A DNA stretch of 64,000 nt from Schaedlerella sp. (GCA_052272205.1 DAVZKO010000001.1:33262-97261); one strand, 5' to 3'; positions 18,471-28,397 are shown, numbered from the stretch's first letter. The notes: generated from the sequence alone by a model not told the origin. Translations and numbers: made by a program.

Positions 18471-19322
18471 ATGTCTAAGAAGCACAAGAGAAAAAAGAAG
18501 AATCAGAAAATCGGCAGAGTCATTTCGATTATTGTGCTAATTCTGATTTTGTCCGGAGCGGCGTATGTGCGTCTCGGTGGAGACACTGCGTGGGAGCAGG
18601 GCAATCAACTGCAACAAAATCTTCGGCAGACAACACATGCGTTGGGCGAGAAAACCGGGTATATGGATACCTTTGATAAAATCGGTGGAGTCATTCAAAA
18701 TATATGGGAATTGATTTCACCGAGGAAAAGCAATATTCAACTTGCGGATATTCCGGAATATGCAGGATCGCCGTTTGTGGAGATTAATCAGAATATCCCG
18801 GAATTTGATGAAGCAGATATGTCAACGACCTCTTTTGAACGATATAGCTCGTTGGATTTCCGAGGAAGATGCGGGGTGGCGTATGCCAATATCGGGCAGG
18901 ACTTGATGCCGACGGAGGAACGTGGAAGTATCAGTTCGGTTACACCTTCCGGATGGAACAACAAGAAGTATGATAATGTGGATCAGGGGTGTCTATATAA
19001 TCGATGTCACCTGATTGGATATCAGTTGTCCGGTGAAAATGCAAATGAGAAGAATCTAATCACAGGAACCAGATACCTGAATGTAGATGGAATGCTGCCG
19101 CTGGAAAATATGGTGGCGGAATATGTAAAAGAGACGGGCAATCATGTACTGTATCGAGTGACACCAATCTTTGAAGGAAATAATTTGGTGGCATCCGGTG
19201 TGCAGATGGAGGCGAAGTCGGTAGAAGATGATGGAGCCGGCGTACAATTCAATGTATATTGCTATAATGTACAGCCGGGAATCGAGATTGATTATGCGAC
19301 CGGCGAGAGTTGGAGCAAATAA
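18471..19322 (+). CDS. membrane-anchored secreted DNA/RNA non-specific endonuclease (EndA / DNA-entry nuclease-like)
   Basis: N-terminal TM IGRVISIIVLILILSGAAYV. The core RCHLIGYQLSGENANEKNLITGTRYLNVDGMLPLEN...YRVTPIF is typical of the beta-beta-alpha-metal nuclease family. Confidence 0.75.
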   Translation: MSKKHKRKKKNQKIGRVISIIVLILILSGAAYVRLGGDTAWEQGNQLQQNLRQTTHALGEKTGYMDTFDKIGGVIQNIWELISPRKSNIQLADIPEYAGSPFVEINQNIPEFDEADMSTTSFERYSSLDFRGRCGVAYANIGQDLMPTEERGSISSVTPSGWNNKKYDNVDQGCLYNRCHLIGYQLSGENANEKNLITGTRYLNVDGMLPLENMVAEYVKETGNHVLYRVTPIFEGNNLVASGVQMEAKSVEDDGAGVQFNVYCYNVQPGIEIDYATGESWSK

Positions 19323-19335
19323 TATGTTGAAAGCA

Positions 19336-19365
19336 TTGCACATTAGAATCGAGCAGTGTTATAAT
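19336..19365 (+). promoter_or_regulatory. sigma-A promoter with an extended -10, upstream of asnS
   Basis: TTGCAC (19336-19341), 18-nt spacer, TGtTATAAT (19357-19365). It lies inside the 5' extension of the tracked ORF. Confidence 0.55.
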
Positions 19366-19432
19366 GTTGGTATTGCGTAACTGTTCGGTGCGGGGCAGAA
19401 CAGATATGAGAGATGAAAAGGAGTATTTTGGT

Positions 19433-20824
19433 ATGAATTTGATAACAGTAAAAGAGTTATTTAAAAACAGAGAACAATATCTGGATAAGAAAGTAACAGT
19501 GGGAGGATGGATTCGTAGTATTCGTGACTCCAAGACTTTTGGATTTATCGTAGTAAATGATGGTTCTTATTTTGAACCACTTCAGATTGTATATCATGAT
19601 AAGATGGAGAATTTCCAGGAGATCTCCAAACAGAATGTCGGAGCTGCAATCGTTGTGACAGGAACACTGGTTGCGACACCACAGGCAAAACAGCCATTTG
19701 AGATCCAGGCAGACGAGATTACAGTAGAAGGGGCATCTGCACCGGATTATCCGCTGCAGAAGAAACGTCACAGTTTTGAATATCTCAGAACAATCTCACA
19801 TCTTCGTCCGAGAACAAATACATTTCAGGCGGTATTCCGTGTACGTTCATTGGCTGCATATGCCATTCATCAGTTCTTCCAGGAGAGAGGATTTGTATAT
19901 GTGCATACTCCATTGATCACAGGAAGTGACTGTGAGGGTGCAGGTGAGATGTTCCGTGTAACAACACTGGATATGGACAACCTTCCGAAGAACGAGGACG
20001 GAAGTGTAGATTACAGTCAGGATTTCTTTGGTAAGGAGACAAGCCTTACGGTAAGTGGCCAGCTCAATGGTGAGACTTACGCACAGGCATTCCGTAATAT
20101 CTATACATTTGGACCTACATTCAGAGCAGAGAATTCGAACACAACAAGACATGCAGCAGAGTTCTGGATGATCGAGCCTGAGATTGCATTTGCAGATTTG
20201 GAAGATGATATGGAACTGGCAGAAGCAATGTTAAAATATGTCATCAACTATGTAATGGAGCAGGCACCGGAAGAGATGAACTTCTTCAATTCATTTGTGG
20301 ATAAAGGTCTGATCGAACGTCTGAAGAACGTAGTAGAATCTGATTTCGCAAGAGTGACATACACAGAGGCGGTAGAGATTCTTGAAAAGAACAATGACAA
20401 ATTTGATTATAAAGTATCATGGGGATGCGATCTGCAGACAGAGCATGAGCGCTATCTGACAGAACAGGTTTACAAACGTCCTGTATTTGTTACAGATTAT
20501 CCAAAGGAGATCAAAGCATTCTACATGAAATTGAATGAAGATGGTAAGACAGTAGCAGCAGTAGACTGTCTGGTACCGGGAATCGGTGAGATTATCGGAG
20601 GAAGCCAGAGAGAGGATGATTACGATAAACTTCTTGCAAGAATGAACGAGCTTGGTTTGGAAGAGAAGGATTATCAGTTCTATCTTGACCTTAGAAAATA
20701 TGGTTCTACCCGTCATGCGGGATTTGGACTTGGATTTGAACGTTGCGTGATGTATCTGACAGGTATGTCCAATATCCGTGACGTGATTCCGTTCCCAAGA
20801 ACAGTAAACAACTGCGAGCTGTAG
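19433..20824 (+). CDS. asnS: asparagine--tRNA ligase
   Basis: Class IIb aaRS. OB-fold N-terminus [25 protein letters not shown], then [21 protein letters not shown] and [13 protein letters not shown] place the start at the internal ATG preceded by AAAGGAG. The tracked start at 19364 sits in the promoter. Confidence 0.93.
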   Translation: MNLITVKELFKNREQYLDKKVTVGGWIRSIRDSKTFGFIVVNDGSYFEPLQIVYHDKMENFQEISKQNVGAAIVVTGTLVATPQAKQPFEIQADEITVEGASAPDYPLQKKRHSFEYLRTISHLRPRTNTFQAVFRVRSLAAYAIHQFFQERGFVYVHTPLITGSDCEGAGEMFRVTTLDMDNLPKNEDGSVDYSQDFFGKETSLTVSGQLNGETYAQAFRNIYTFGPTFRAENSNTTRHAAEFWMIEPEIAFADLEDDMELAEAMLKYVINYVMEQAPEEMNFFNSFVDKGLIERLKNVVESDFARVTYTEAVEILEKNNDKFDYKVSWGCDLQTEHERYLTEQVYKRPVFVTDYPKEIKAFYMKLNEDGKTVAAVDCLVPGIGEIIGGSQREDDYDKLLARMNELGLEEKDYQFYLDLRKYGSTRHAGFGLGFERCVMYLTGMSNIRDVIPFPRTVNNCEL

Positions 20825-20875
20825 GAAGAGAATACTTGCGAGACATAGGAGTCTAAAAGGGAGAGCAGAAGTTAT

Positions 20876-22210
20876 ATGAAGATTACGTTGCCGAACAAAG
20901 TAACAGAGATTATTGAGAATTTACAGATGCATGGATATGAAGCATATGCAGTCGGAGGCTGTGTAAGAGATTCGATTCTTGCAAAGGAACCACAAGACTG
21001 GGATATCACGACGTCTGCAAAGCCGGAAGAGATCAAGAAGCTTTTTCCGAGAACAGTAGATACTGGGATTGAACACGGGACGGTAACGGTTCTTATGGGA
21101 AAAGATATGTTTGAAGTAACAACATATCGAATTGATGGAATTTATGAAGACAGCCGTCATCCAAAAGAGGTAATCTTTACTAATAAACTGGAAGAAGATT
21201 TAAAACGCCGGGATTTTACGATCAATGCGATGGCATATAATGATGATGTTCGATTGGTTGATGTTTTTGGCGGAATGAAAGATTTGAATTATCATTTGAT
21301 TCGCTGTGTAGGGAATCCGAAAGAACGTTTTGAGGAAGATGCGCTTCGCATTCTTCGTGCGGTAAGATTCTCGGCACAGTTGGATTTCCCGATAGAGGAG
21401 CATACAGCGGATGCGATCCGTGAACTGGCACCGACGCTTAAGAATATCAGTGCGGAGCGAATTCAGGCAGAACTGTTGAAGCTTCTTATGTCAGACCATC
21501 CGGAACGCATCAAAGATGCCTATGAACTGGGGATTACGCGTGTGATCCTGCCGGAGTGGAATCGCATGGTAGGGGTAGAGCAGAATACACCGCATCATAT
21601 GTATGATGTGGCAGAACATACACTGCATGCGATTATGAATGTCAAGAAAGACAAGGTCCTTCGTCTGACGATGTTGTTCCATGATATGGGTAAACCGTCC
21701 ATGAAAACAACAGATGAAAATGGGCGGGATCATTTTAAAGAACATGCAATTGAAAGTGAAGATAAAGCTCGCGCAATTATGCAACGCTTAAAGATGGACA
21801 ATGATACGATCAAGAAAGTAACGAAACTGGTATGCTATCATGATTATCGTATCGAGGCGACAGGGCCGAATGTCCGTCGTGCCATGAACCGGATCGGGGT
21901 GGATTTATTCCCATATTATCTCGCTGTTCGTATGGCAGATGTGAAGGCACAGAGTCCATATCAGCGTAGAGCGAAGATAGAGAATATCATTGCGATGCGA
22001 GAGATATATCAGGAGACGCTGATCAAAGAACATTGCGTGACACTTAGGGATCTGGCAGTGACAGGCAAGGATTTGATGGAAATCGGTATGAAGCCGGGAA
22101 GAGAACTTGGCAATATGCTCAATGAATTGCTGGAGTGGGTAATTGATGATCCGCAGTGCAATAAAAAAGAGCTGCTTTGTGAGTATGTAAAAGAAAGACT
22201 TGGACTTTAA
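20876..22210 (+). CDS. cca: CCA-adding tRNA nucleotidyltransferase with an HD domain
   Basis: GGCVRD and RRDFTINAMA polymerase-beta motifs, with HD-domain FHDMGKP downstream. Confidence 0.9.
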   Translation: MKITLPNKVTEIIENLQMHGYEAYAVGGCVRDSILAKEPQDWDITTSAKPEEIKKLFPRTVDTGIEHGTVTVLMGKDMFEVTTYRIDGIYEDSRHPKEVIFTNKLEEDLKRRDFTINAMAYNDDVRLVDVFGGMKDLNYHLIRCVGNPKERFEEDALRILRAVRFSAQLDFPIEEHTADAIRELAPTLKNISAERIQAELLKLLMSDHPERIKDAYELGITRVILPEWNRMVGVEQNTPHHMYDVAEHTLHAIMNVKKDKVLRLTMLFHDMGKPSMKTTDENGRDHFKEHAIESEDKARAIMQRLKMDNDTIKKVTKLVCYHDYRIEATGPNVRRAMNRIGVDLFPYYLAVRMADVKAQSPYQRRAKIENIIAMREIYQETLIKEHCVTLRDLAVTGKDLMEIGMKPGRELGNMLNELLEWVIDDPQCNKKELLCEYVKERLGL

Positions 22211-22276
22211 GCATACTTTCGCTGCCTCTTACATAGATTAAAAAGAGTTATGAATCGTGTAATGTAGGGGGCAGCA

Positions 22277-23284
22277 ATGAGAGAAAGTGAATTAGAGGTT
22301 TTAGAACAATATCCGATTGAGGTAGAAAGCACCCGCAAGATAAGGGGTGCGTTTTTTATCAACACAAAAGAGGGAACGATGCTGTTAAAAGAGACAACAA
22401 TCTCAGACAGACGTGCCCTCTTATTTTATACGCTGTTGTGTCAGCTTGAGTCGAATGGAAAGTATGTGGATACGCCGATATTGAATTCGGATAATAAGTT
22501 GATAAGTACGTCAAGAGATGGTAGTAAATATCTGTTAAAGAAATGGTATGACGGAAAAGAGTGTGAAGTCCGGCGGGAGATGGATGTACTTGCAGCGGTA
22601 GAAAATCTGGCACGTCTGCATCATGAAATGGAATGGAAAGAGCTCTGCAGTGTGGAGGAAAAACAAGTGATACGTCCTCCGGTGGGGAGACATTTGAAAG
22701 AAGAAATGTTGTGCCATAACCGCGAGTTGAAAAAGGTGCGTTCCTTTGTGCGCGCCCGTGTAAATAAAGGTCCGTTCGAATATTTGTATTTACAGTCTTT
22801 TGAGCAAATGTACCGGCTTGGGAAAGCGGTGGAAGAGAAGTTGGAGACTTCCACATATGACACACTGTATCAGGAAAGCATAGAAAAAGGCAGACTGATA
22901 CACGGAGATTACAATTATCATAATGTCCTTTTACTTCCGCAAAAGGTTGTTACGACAAACTTTGAACATTTCCGAATCGATGTACAGGTGTTGGATTTGT
23001 ATTATTTTCTGCGAAAGGTAATGGAAAAACATCATTGGAGTGTGATACTCGGAAATTCGATTTTGAGCCGCTATAGTAGAATCCGGACGCTGAGTTCAGA
23101 AGAACTGGAGTATCTTGCGCTTAAAATTGCTTACCCGGAGAAATTCTGGAAAACTGCAAATTCGTATTATCATTCGAATAAAGCATGGATACCGGAAAAA
23201 AGTGTCGAGAAGCTCCGGTTGGCAGTGTCACAAAACGAGGAAAAATTACGGTTTTTGGAGACGATATTCTCTTTTCATTTATAG
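22277..23284 (+). CDS. CotS-family spore coat protein / aminoglycoside-phosphotransferase-like kinase fold
   Basis: 335 aa. The kinase-like catalytic loop IHGDYNYHNVLL is typical of the CotS/YutH family. Confidence 0.7.
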   Translation: MRESELEVLEQYPIEVESTRKIRGAFFINTKEGTMLLKETTISDRRALLFYTLLCQLESNGKYVDTPILNSDNKLISTSRDGSKYLLKKWYDGKECEVRREMDVLAAVENLARLHHEMEWKELCSVEEKQVIRPPVGRHLKEEMLCHNRELKKVRSFVRARVNKGPFEYLYLQSFEQMYRLGKAVEEKLETSTYDTLYQESIEKGRLIHGDYNYHNVLLLPQKVVTTNFEHFRIDVQVLDLYYFLRKVMEKHHWSVILGNSILSRYSRIRTLSSEELEYLALKIAYPEKFWKTANSYYHSNKAWIPEKSVEKLRLAVSQNEEKLRFLETIFSFHL

Positions 23285-23373
23285 GTGGCTGTTGTATAAT
23301 GAAAACAGCAACGGAGAATATTCGTAAACAGTAACAAAACCTTGAATTTTCGCTGTTTTTCGGGCTTTTATGC

Positions 23374-23402
23374 TTGACAAATACTAGGGGAAATTGTATA
23401 AC
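23374..23402 (+). promoter_or_regulatory. sigma-A promoter of the HU gene
   Basis: TTGACA (23374-23379), 17-nt spacer, TATAAC (23397-23402). A ~95-nt leader with a GCCGGGGAAGCCGGC hairpin follows. Confidence 0.65.
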
Positions 23403-23499
23403 AGTATCTAAGGGCAAAGCCGGGGAAGCCGGCGAACGAAAGCCTTTACCCTATTAGGATTAGAATATTCTACTACAATTAAGAGGAGGAAATATCCAT

Positions 23500-23772
23500 A
23501 TGAACAAAACAGAATTAGTTGCAGCAATTGCAGAAAGAGCAGAGATTTCTAAAAAAGACTCAGAAAAAGCAGTAAAGGCTTTTATTGATGTTGTTACAGA
23601 AGAACTGAAAAAAGAAGAGAAAGTTCAGTTAGTTGGATTCGGAACATTTGAAGTAAGCAAGAGAGCTGCAAGAACAGGTAAAAACCCACAGACAGGTGAG
23701 CCTATGACAATCAGCGCTTGCAACGCACCAAAATTCAAAGCTGGAAAAGCTCTGAAAGATGCTGTAAACTAA
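23500..23772 (+). CDS. hup: HU family DNA-binding protein
   Basis: MNKTELV...VQLVGFGTFEVSKRAARTGKNPQTGEPM is a canonical HU sequence. RBS is AGGAGG. Confidence 0.97.
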   Translation: MNKTELVAAIAERAEISKKDSEKAVKAFIDVVTEELKKEEKVQLVGFGTFEVSKRAARTGKNPQTGEPMTISACNAPKFKAGKALKDAVN

Positions 23773-23820
23773 GGCGAACAGGAAGTTGAAGGACGTCGAA
23801 AGATGACCTTGTGTAATACA

Positions 23821-23864
23821 GAAGAAAGGCAGGGGCTTACGAACCTCTGCCTTTCTTCTTTTGC
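23821..23864 (+). terminator. intrinsic terminator after hup
   Basis: GAAGAAAGGCAGGGG / CCTCTGCCTTTCTTC (one mismatch) followed by TTTT. Confidence 0.85.
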
Positions 23865-23930
23865 AGTTTACATGAGTAATCGAGAAAGATATGATGTGAT
23901 TGAGAAAATCAATAAGAAAGGGAAAATATA

Positions 23931-24170
23931 ATGAGATTAGATAAGTTTTTAAAAGTATCCCGTCTGATCAAACGAAGAACTGTTGCCAATGAAGCGTGTG
24001 ATGCAGGACGTGTTCTGGTGAACGGAACAGTGGCTAAGGCTTCAGTGAAGGTAAAGGTCGGAGATATTATCGAGATTCAATTTGGAACAAAGACAGTAAA
24101 AGTAGAAGTTCTGGACATTCAGGATACAACGAAGAAAGAAGAAGCCAAAGATTTATTCCGATATTTATAA
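23931..24170 (+). CDS. S4-domain RNA-binding protein (YabO/Hsp15-like)
   Basis: MRLDKFLKVSRLIKRRTVANEA... is an S4 domain. 79 aa, in the conserved position before yabP. Confidence 0.85.
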   Translation: MRLDKFLKVSRLIKRRTVANEACDAGRVLVNGTVAKASVKVKVGDIIEIQFGTKTVKVEVLDIQDTTKKEEAKDLFRYL

Positions 24171-24294
24171 AGAGAAGCACATAAAATTCCAATTCCCCTC
24201 ATATATATCTGAATGGAGATATTTGTTACTGTCAAAGGTAACACATCTCGCTGTGGAGAATCACCTAAGCCGATAAGCGAGAGGGGGAGTTAAC

Positions 24295-24579
24295 ATGGAA
24301 GAAAGACAGATTGCAAAGGCACATAAACTGGTTATCAACAATCGAAAGACAAGTACAGTGACCGGTGTGCTGGATGTATTATCGTTTGATCTAAATGAGG
24401 TCGTGCTGGAGACCGAGCAGGGAATGCTGTTGGTCAAAGGGACGGATTTGCATGTCAATCGTCTGAGTGTGGAAAAAGGTGAAGTAGATTTGGCAGGAAA
24501 TATTGACAGCGTCATTTATTCGGATACCAATCAGACCGGGCGGCAGAATGAAAATTTGTTCACAAAGCTGTTTAAATAG
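24295..24579 (+). CDS. yabP: sporulation protein YabP
   Basis: 94 aa. VTGVLDVLSFDLNEVVLETEQGMLLVKGTDLHVNRL is typical of YabP, and the synteny is yabO-yabP-yabQ-divIC. Confidence 0.85.
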   Translation: MEERQIAKAHKLVINNRKTSTVTGVLDVLSFDLNEVVLETEQGMLLVKGTDLHVNRLSVEKGEVDLAGNIDSVIYSDTNQTGRQNENLFTKLFK

Positions 24580-24588
24580 GGTTCGCCT

Positions 24589-24888
24589 ATGATGCTTGGA
24601 ATCGGAATAGAAACTGCGATTTTTTTCTATGCATGGCTGTCAGGATGCATTATATTTATTTTTTATCAAGTATTAGTTCAGATACGGAAATTGGTAAAAC
24701 ATTCTATTACAATGGTAAATGTAGAAGATTTTTTCTTCTGGATCGGTGTTGGGATTTATCTGTTTCGACAAATGTATCGAACTACATATGGTACAATACG
24801 ATGGTTTTTTGTACTCGGAGTGATACTTGGAAGTGTCAGTGCCTGGTTGATAAAGCGTGTATTTAACAATTTGTTAAAGAATATGTAA
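24589..24888 (+). CDS. yabQ: spore cortex biosynthesis membrane protein YabQ
   Basis: 99-aa protein with three hydrophobic helices, immediately after yabP. Confidence 0.7.
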   Translation: MMLGIGIETAIFFYAWLSGCIIFIFYQVLVQIRKLVKHSITMVNVEDFFFWIGVGIYLFRQMYRTTYGTIRWFFVLGVILGSVSAWLIKRVFNNLLKNM

Positions 24889-25032
24889 AAATTACTTGAA
24901 AATGAGTGTAAAACCATATATCATGAATATATTGAGCAGTAGTGCGTATTGAGATATTGTTTATATAATCATGAGTGGTAACGATATTGTTACAGAGACG
25001 CAGGCAATTCACAAAGTTAGGTGAGTACAGAT

Positions 25033-25368
25033 ATGAATAGAAGACAAACAGCGGAAGCGGATAAGCAGAAGCGAAGGAAGAAAAGAGCTGTCCGTCCTCA
25101 TAAGAGAAGTATTCAGATAATTTGTGTGGGATTAGCAGTGCTGACTGTGGTATTTGGTGTAAACTCCATTTCAATTTACTCGAAGAACCAGAACTATAAG
25201 CAGCAAGAGGCTGAGCTGGAAGCACAGATTAAGCAAGAGAAAGAGCGGGCAAGAGAAGTCGAAGCGTATCAGGAATATGTGAAGACGGATGATTACATAA
25301 AAGAAGCTGCAGAAGAAAAATTAGGCTTAGTGGATCCAAACGAGGTTCTGTTTAAGCAGGCAAATTAG
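25033..25368 (+). CDS. divIC: septum formation initiator (DivIC/FtsB family)
   Basis: Basic N-terminus, one TM (IICVGLAVLTVVFGV) and a coiled coil ending in EEKLGLVDPNEVLF. ATG at 25033 follows AGGTGA. The tracked GTG at 25021 is less likely. Confidence 0.8.
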   Translation: MNRRQTAEADKQKRRKKRAVRPHKRSIQIICVGLAVLTVVFGVNSISIYSKNQNYKQQEAELEAQIKQEKERAREVEAYQEYVKTDDYIKEAAEEKLGLVDPNEVLFKQAN

Positions 25369-25393
25369 ATAATATGAGGAAACACGATAAGAT

Positions 25394-25424
25394 AAACTCC
25401 GGAGAGAAATCCGGAGTTTTTTTC
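25394..25424 (+). terminator. intrinsic terminator after divIC
   Basis: AAACTCCGG / CCGGAGTTT stem, 8-nt loop, then TTTTTTT. Confidence 0.85.
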
Positions 25425-25469
25425 AATTTATAGGACAAGATTGGAGGGGTTACTGTGGAGGAAGGACAG

Positions 25470-26852
25470 ATGCTTCATACAAGTCCATATGTGGCACAGA
25501 TTGAAAAGTTTGCGGATTCTTTGACGCAACTGGCAAATATATTTCTGCGGATGGAAAATAAGAAAAAAACATTTACCAACGATGAGATTGATGCGATGTT
25601 TATTCGGGTGAAAGAACACGTATGTGCAAAATGTGAAAAGAGAGACTGGTGTTGGGGAGAAAATTATGTTCATACATGTCAGATGGGATATGAGATCTTA
25701 TCAGCGGTAGATAATTACGGAGATGAGATGAATGTGGAGACAAAGCGGAAACTAAAGCAGTGTTGTCTTCGTGCTCCGCGGTTTTTACGGGAAATGTTAG
25801 AGGCATTTCAGGAGGCACGCCAGAATATGATGTGGATAAATCGGATGGCCCAGAGCCGAGAGGGATGCGCGATTCAAATGGATACATTTGCCGAGATGAT
25901 CCGACAGTCGGCGAAGGAGATGGAGGATAGCATTTTCCATGATGAGAGAATGGAAAAGAGAATTATCGAGGCGTTGAAACGGAAAGGTGTACGCGTGTTG
26001 AACACCAACTTTTTCATGAATTCAGAAGGAAAATATGAATTGCATGTAACTGCAAGAGCAATGTATGAGCAGTGTTTTACTGTGCGTGAGATTGTGAAAG
26101 AGATATCCGTGGCATCCGGAAGACAACTTGCACCTGCCAAAGAACAGGCACAGATACTCGGACGGGAATATATTACCATTGTATGTATGGAAGGTCCGGA
26201 ATATTATACCCTTCAGGGAGTTGCGAAGGTTGGAAAGGGGAGCAGTGAAATCTCCGGAGACAACTTTATGATGATGGATTTGCCGGGCGGAAAACAAGGC
26301 ATCGCGCTGTCGGACGGAATGGGCTTCGGTGAGCGGGCATGCAGGGAGAGTACGTTGGTTATCGAGCTTTTGGAGGAGCTTTTGGAAGCAGGATTTCCGG
26401 AAAAGATGGCGATTCAGATGATCAATACGACACTTGTGATGGGACGGGAAGAAATCCATTATTCCACAGTGGATATGAGTATTTTTGATTTGTACAGTGG
26501 TGTATGCGAAATCTTAAAAGCCGGAGCATCGTCTACATTTATTAAGAAAAAAGATGGAATTGAACATTTACGCTCGACCAGTCTGCCAATCGGGGTGGTT
26601 CATAAGATTGATGTGGATTATGCGAAACGCCAATTGGAGGATGGCGATTTCGTGATTATGATCACAGATGGGATTATGGATGCATTGCCGGTCGGGGAAC
26701 AGGATGTATTGTTAGAGACGATCATTAATGGTACTGCGATTGTCAATCCAAAAGAATTGGCACAGCACATTTTAAAACAGGTGTTAAACTGGACAGGCAG
26801 GCCGCCGGAAGACGATATGACTGTACTTGTCATTGGAATCTGGAAATATTGA
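25470..26852 (+). CDS. spoIIE: SpoIIE-like PP2C protein phosphatase lacking the N-terminal polytopic membrane domain
   Basis: It sits in the conserved spoIIE position (divIC ... tilS-hpt-ftsH). PP2C core SGDNFMMMDLPGGKQGIALSDGMGFGERA ... VIMITDGIMD ... DDMTVLVI. No hydrophobic helices. ATG at 25470 follows GGAGGAAGG. Confidence 0.75.
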   Translation: MLHTSPYVAQIEKFADSLTQLANIFLRMENKKKTFTNDEIDAMFIRVKEHVCAKCEKRDWCWGENYVHTCQMGYEILSAVDNYGDEMNVETKRKLKQCCLRAPRFLREMLEAFQEARQNMMWINRMAQSREGCAIQMDTFAEMIRQSAKEMEDSIFHDERMEKRIIEALKRKGVRVLNTNFFMNSEGKYELHVTARAMYEQCFTVREIVKEISVASGRQLAPAKEQAQILGREYITIVCMEGPEYYTLQGVAKVGKGSSEISGDNFMMMDLPGGKQGIALSDGMGFGERACRESTLVIELLEELLEAGFPEKMAIQMINTTLVMGREEIHYSTVDMSIFDLYSGVCEILKAGASSTFIKKKDGIEHLRSTSLPIGVVHKIDVDYAKRQLEDGDFVIMITDGIMDALPVGEQDVLLETIINGTAIVNPKELAQHILKQVLNWTGRPPEDDMTVLVIGIWKY

Positions 26853-26912
26853 TTTTGCCGTAAATGGTAACGTATTGTTGCATTTTTTTAGGAGATTGAG
26901 TATAGTTTACTT

Positions 26913-28397
26913 ATGAAACGAGTAGAAGATTTTATAGAAAAATATCATATGATTGCCCGGGGAGACAGGGTGATTGCAGGTGTATCGGGAGGAGCAGATT
27001 CGGTATGCCTGTTTTTCATGCTGTTGGAATTGAAGGAAAAAATGGGATTTGATATGACGGCGGTGCATGTCCATCATGGATTGCGGGGAGAATCTGCAGA
27101 CCGGGATGAACAGTTTGTGAGAACACTGTGCAGTCAGTATCAGATTCCGCTGGAAGTTTTCCGGGTCGATCTGGAATCAATTGCAAAAAAACGGAAACAA
27201 TCTCTGGAAGAAGCAGGAAGAATCGTGCGTCGGGAGGCATTTGAATCGGTGTGTCAGAAGTATGGAGGCAATAAAATCGCACTGGCACATCATCAGAATG
27301 ACAATGCCGAGACGATGCTGTGGAATCTGGCAAGGGGGACAGGACTGGATGGATTGGGAGGAATCCGCCCGGTCAATGGGAAATTTATTCGTCCTCTGTT
27401 GTGCATGAGCAGAAAAGAGATTGAGGCGTATTTAGATGAACGAAAGCAGTCTTACTGTACAGATGAGACAAATGCTGAGACGGATTACACAAGAAATAAG
27501 CTGCGACATCTGGTACTGCCGATTTTGGAAGAACAGGTCAATTCTGCAGCCATCCGGCATATGAATGAAACAATGGAGCAGATGTGGGAGCTTCAGGAAT
27601 ATATGCAGAAACAGACGGGGCATGCATACAGGCAATGTGTGCAGGAACATTTTCCAAAGGAAGAAAAGGAAGAGCACTGGATTCAGATAAGGCAGGACAG
27701 CTTTGAAGAGTTACCGGGATTGATCAAGAAAATGGTAATTCGAAAAGGTCTTGAGGAAGTTGGCGGACGGAAGAAAGATTTGAGTCATATTCATGTAGAT
27801 GTGGTACTGGAATTGATGGGTAAGCAAGTCGGACGCAGCCTGGATCTGCCTTATGATATGTGTGCAGAGCGTAATTATGAAGGGATTCGGTTAAAAAAGG
27901 CCGGGCGGCATAAACATATGGATTGCGGCGAGAAAACAATATCCAGGGAAGAGGAAAACAGATTGCCGATGGAGCTTATCATTCCGGGAGAGCAGGTCTT
28001 GGAAGCGCAGAATCTAGTGATTCGGTGTAAAATACTGGAAAAGCCGGAGGATTTTTTGATAAATGATATCCCGCAAAAAGTATACACGAAATGGTTTGAT
28101 TATGATATAATAAAGAGCAGTCTGTTTATTAGAACGAGACAGACGGGCGACAATATCGTAATTGATGAAAAAGGTCATCAAAAGAAACTAAAGAACTGGT
28201 TTGTAGATGAGAAAATCCCCAAAGAGTCCCGAGACAGTCAATTATTGATTGCGGATGGCAGTCAGATTGTGTGGATATTGGGGCGCCGGATGAGCAGTGC
28301 TTATCAGGTGAGAGAGTCAACCAAGAGAATTCTGCAAATGGAAGTAGAATCATACAAAAGCGATGGAGGAAAAGAAAATGGCAGAAACAATTCGTGA
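26913..28397 (+). CDS. tilS: tRNA(Ile)-lysidine synthetase
   Basis: PP-loop GVSGGADSVCL, with AHHQNDNAETMLWNLARG downstream. Confidence 0.92.
   Translation: MKRVEDFIEKYHMIARGDRVIAGVSGGADSVCLFFMLLELKEKMGFDMTAVHVHHGLRGESADRDEQFVRTLCSQYQIPLEVFRVDLESIAKKRKQSLEEAGRIVRREAFESVCQKYGGNKIALAHHQNDNAETMLWNLARGTGLDGLGGIRPVNGKFIRPLLCMSRKEIEAYLDERKQSYCTDETNAETDYTRNKLRHLVLPILEEQVNSAAIRHMNETMEQMWELQEYMQKQTGHAYRQCVQEHFPKEEKEEHWIQIRQDSFEELPGLIKKMVIRKGLEEVGGRKKDLSHIHVDVVLELMGKQVGRSLDLPYDMCAERNYEGIRLKKAGRHKHMDCGEKTISREEENRLPMELIIPGEQVLEAQNLVIRCKILEKPEDFLINDIPQKVYTKWFDYDIIKSSLFIRTRQTGDNIVIDEKGHQKKLKNWFVDEKIPKESRDSQLLIADGSQIVWILGRRMSSAYQVRESTKRILQMEVESYKSDGGKENGRNNS

Noticed and set aside
19364-19432. 23-codon N-terminal extension of asnS.
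   Set aside because: The tracked ATG lies within the TGtTATAAT -10 element. The internal ATG at 19433 has an AAAGGAG RBS and begins the conserved AsnRS N-terminus.
19323-19432. T-box leader upstream of asnS (and likewise upstream of metG at 32893-32936).
   Set aside because: The leaders are only ~70 and ~45 nt after the likely promoter or previous gene. That is far too short for a T-box (about 200 nt or more), and no specifier-loop/T-box sequence (AANNNGGGTGGNACC-like) is visible.
22359-22865. 168-aa minus-strand ORF antisense to the CotS-family gene.
   Set aside because: It lies entirely inside a well-supported plus-strand gene, has no RBS and has a low-complexity Ser/Pro/Thr-rich translation. 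It is a frame shadow.
24171-24294. Sporulation sigma (SigE/SigK-type) promoter upstream of yabP.
   Set aside because: CATATATAT-like sequences are present, but I could not fit a -35/-10 pair with correct spacing with any confidence. I left it unannotated.
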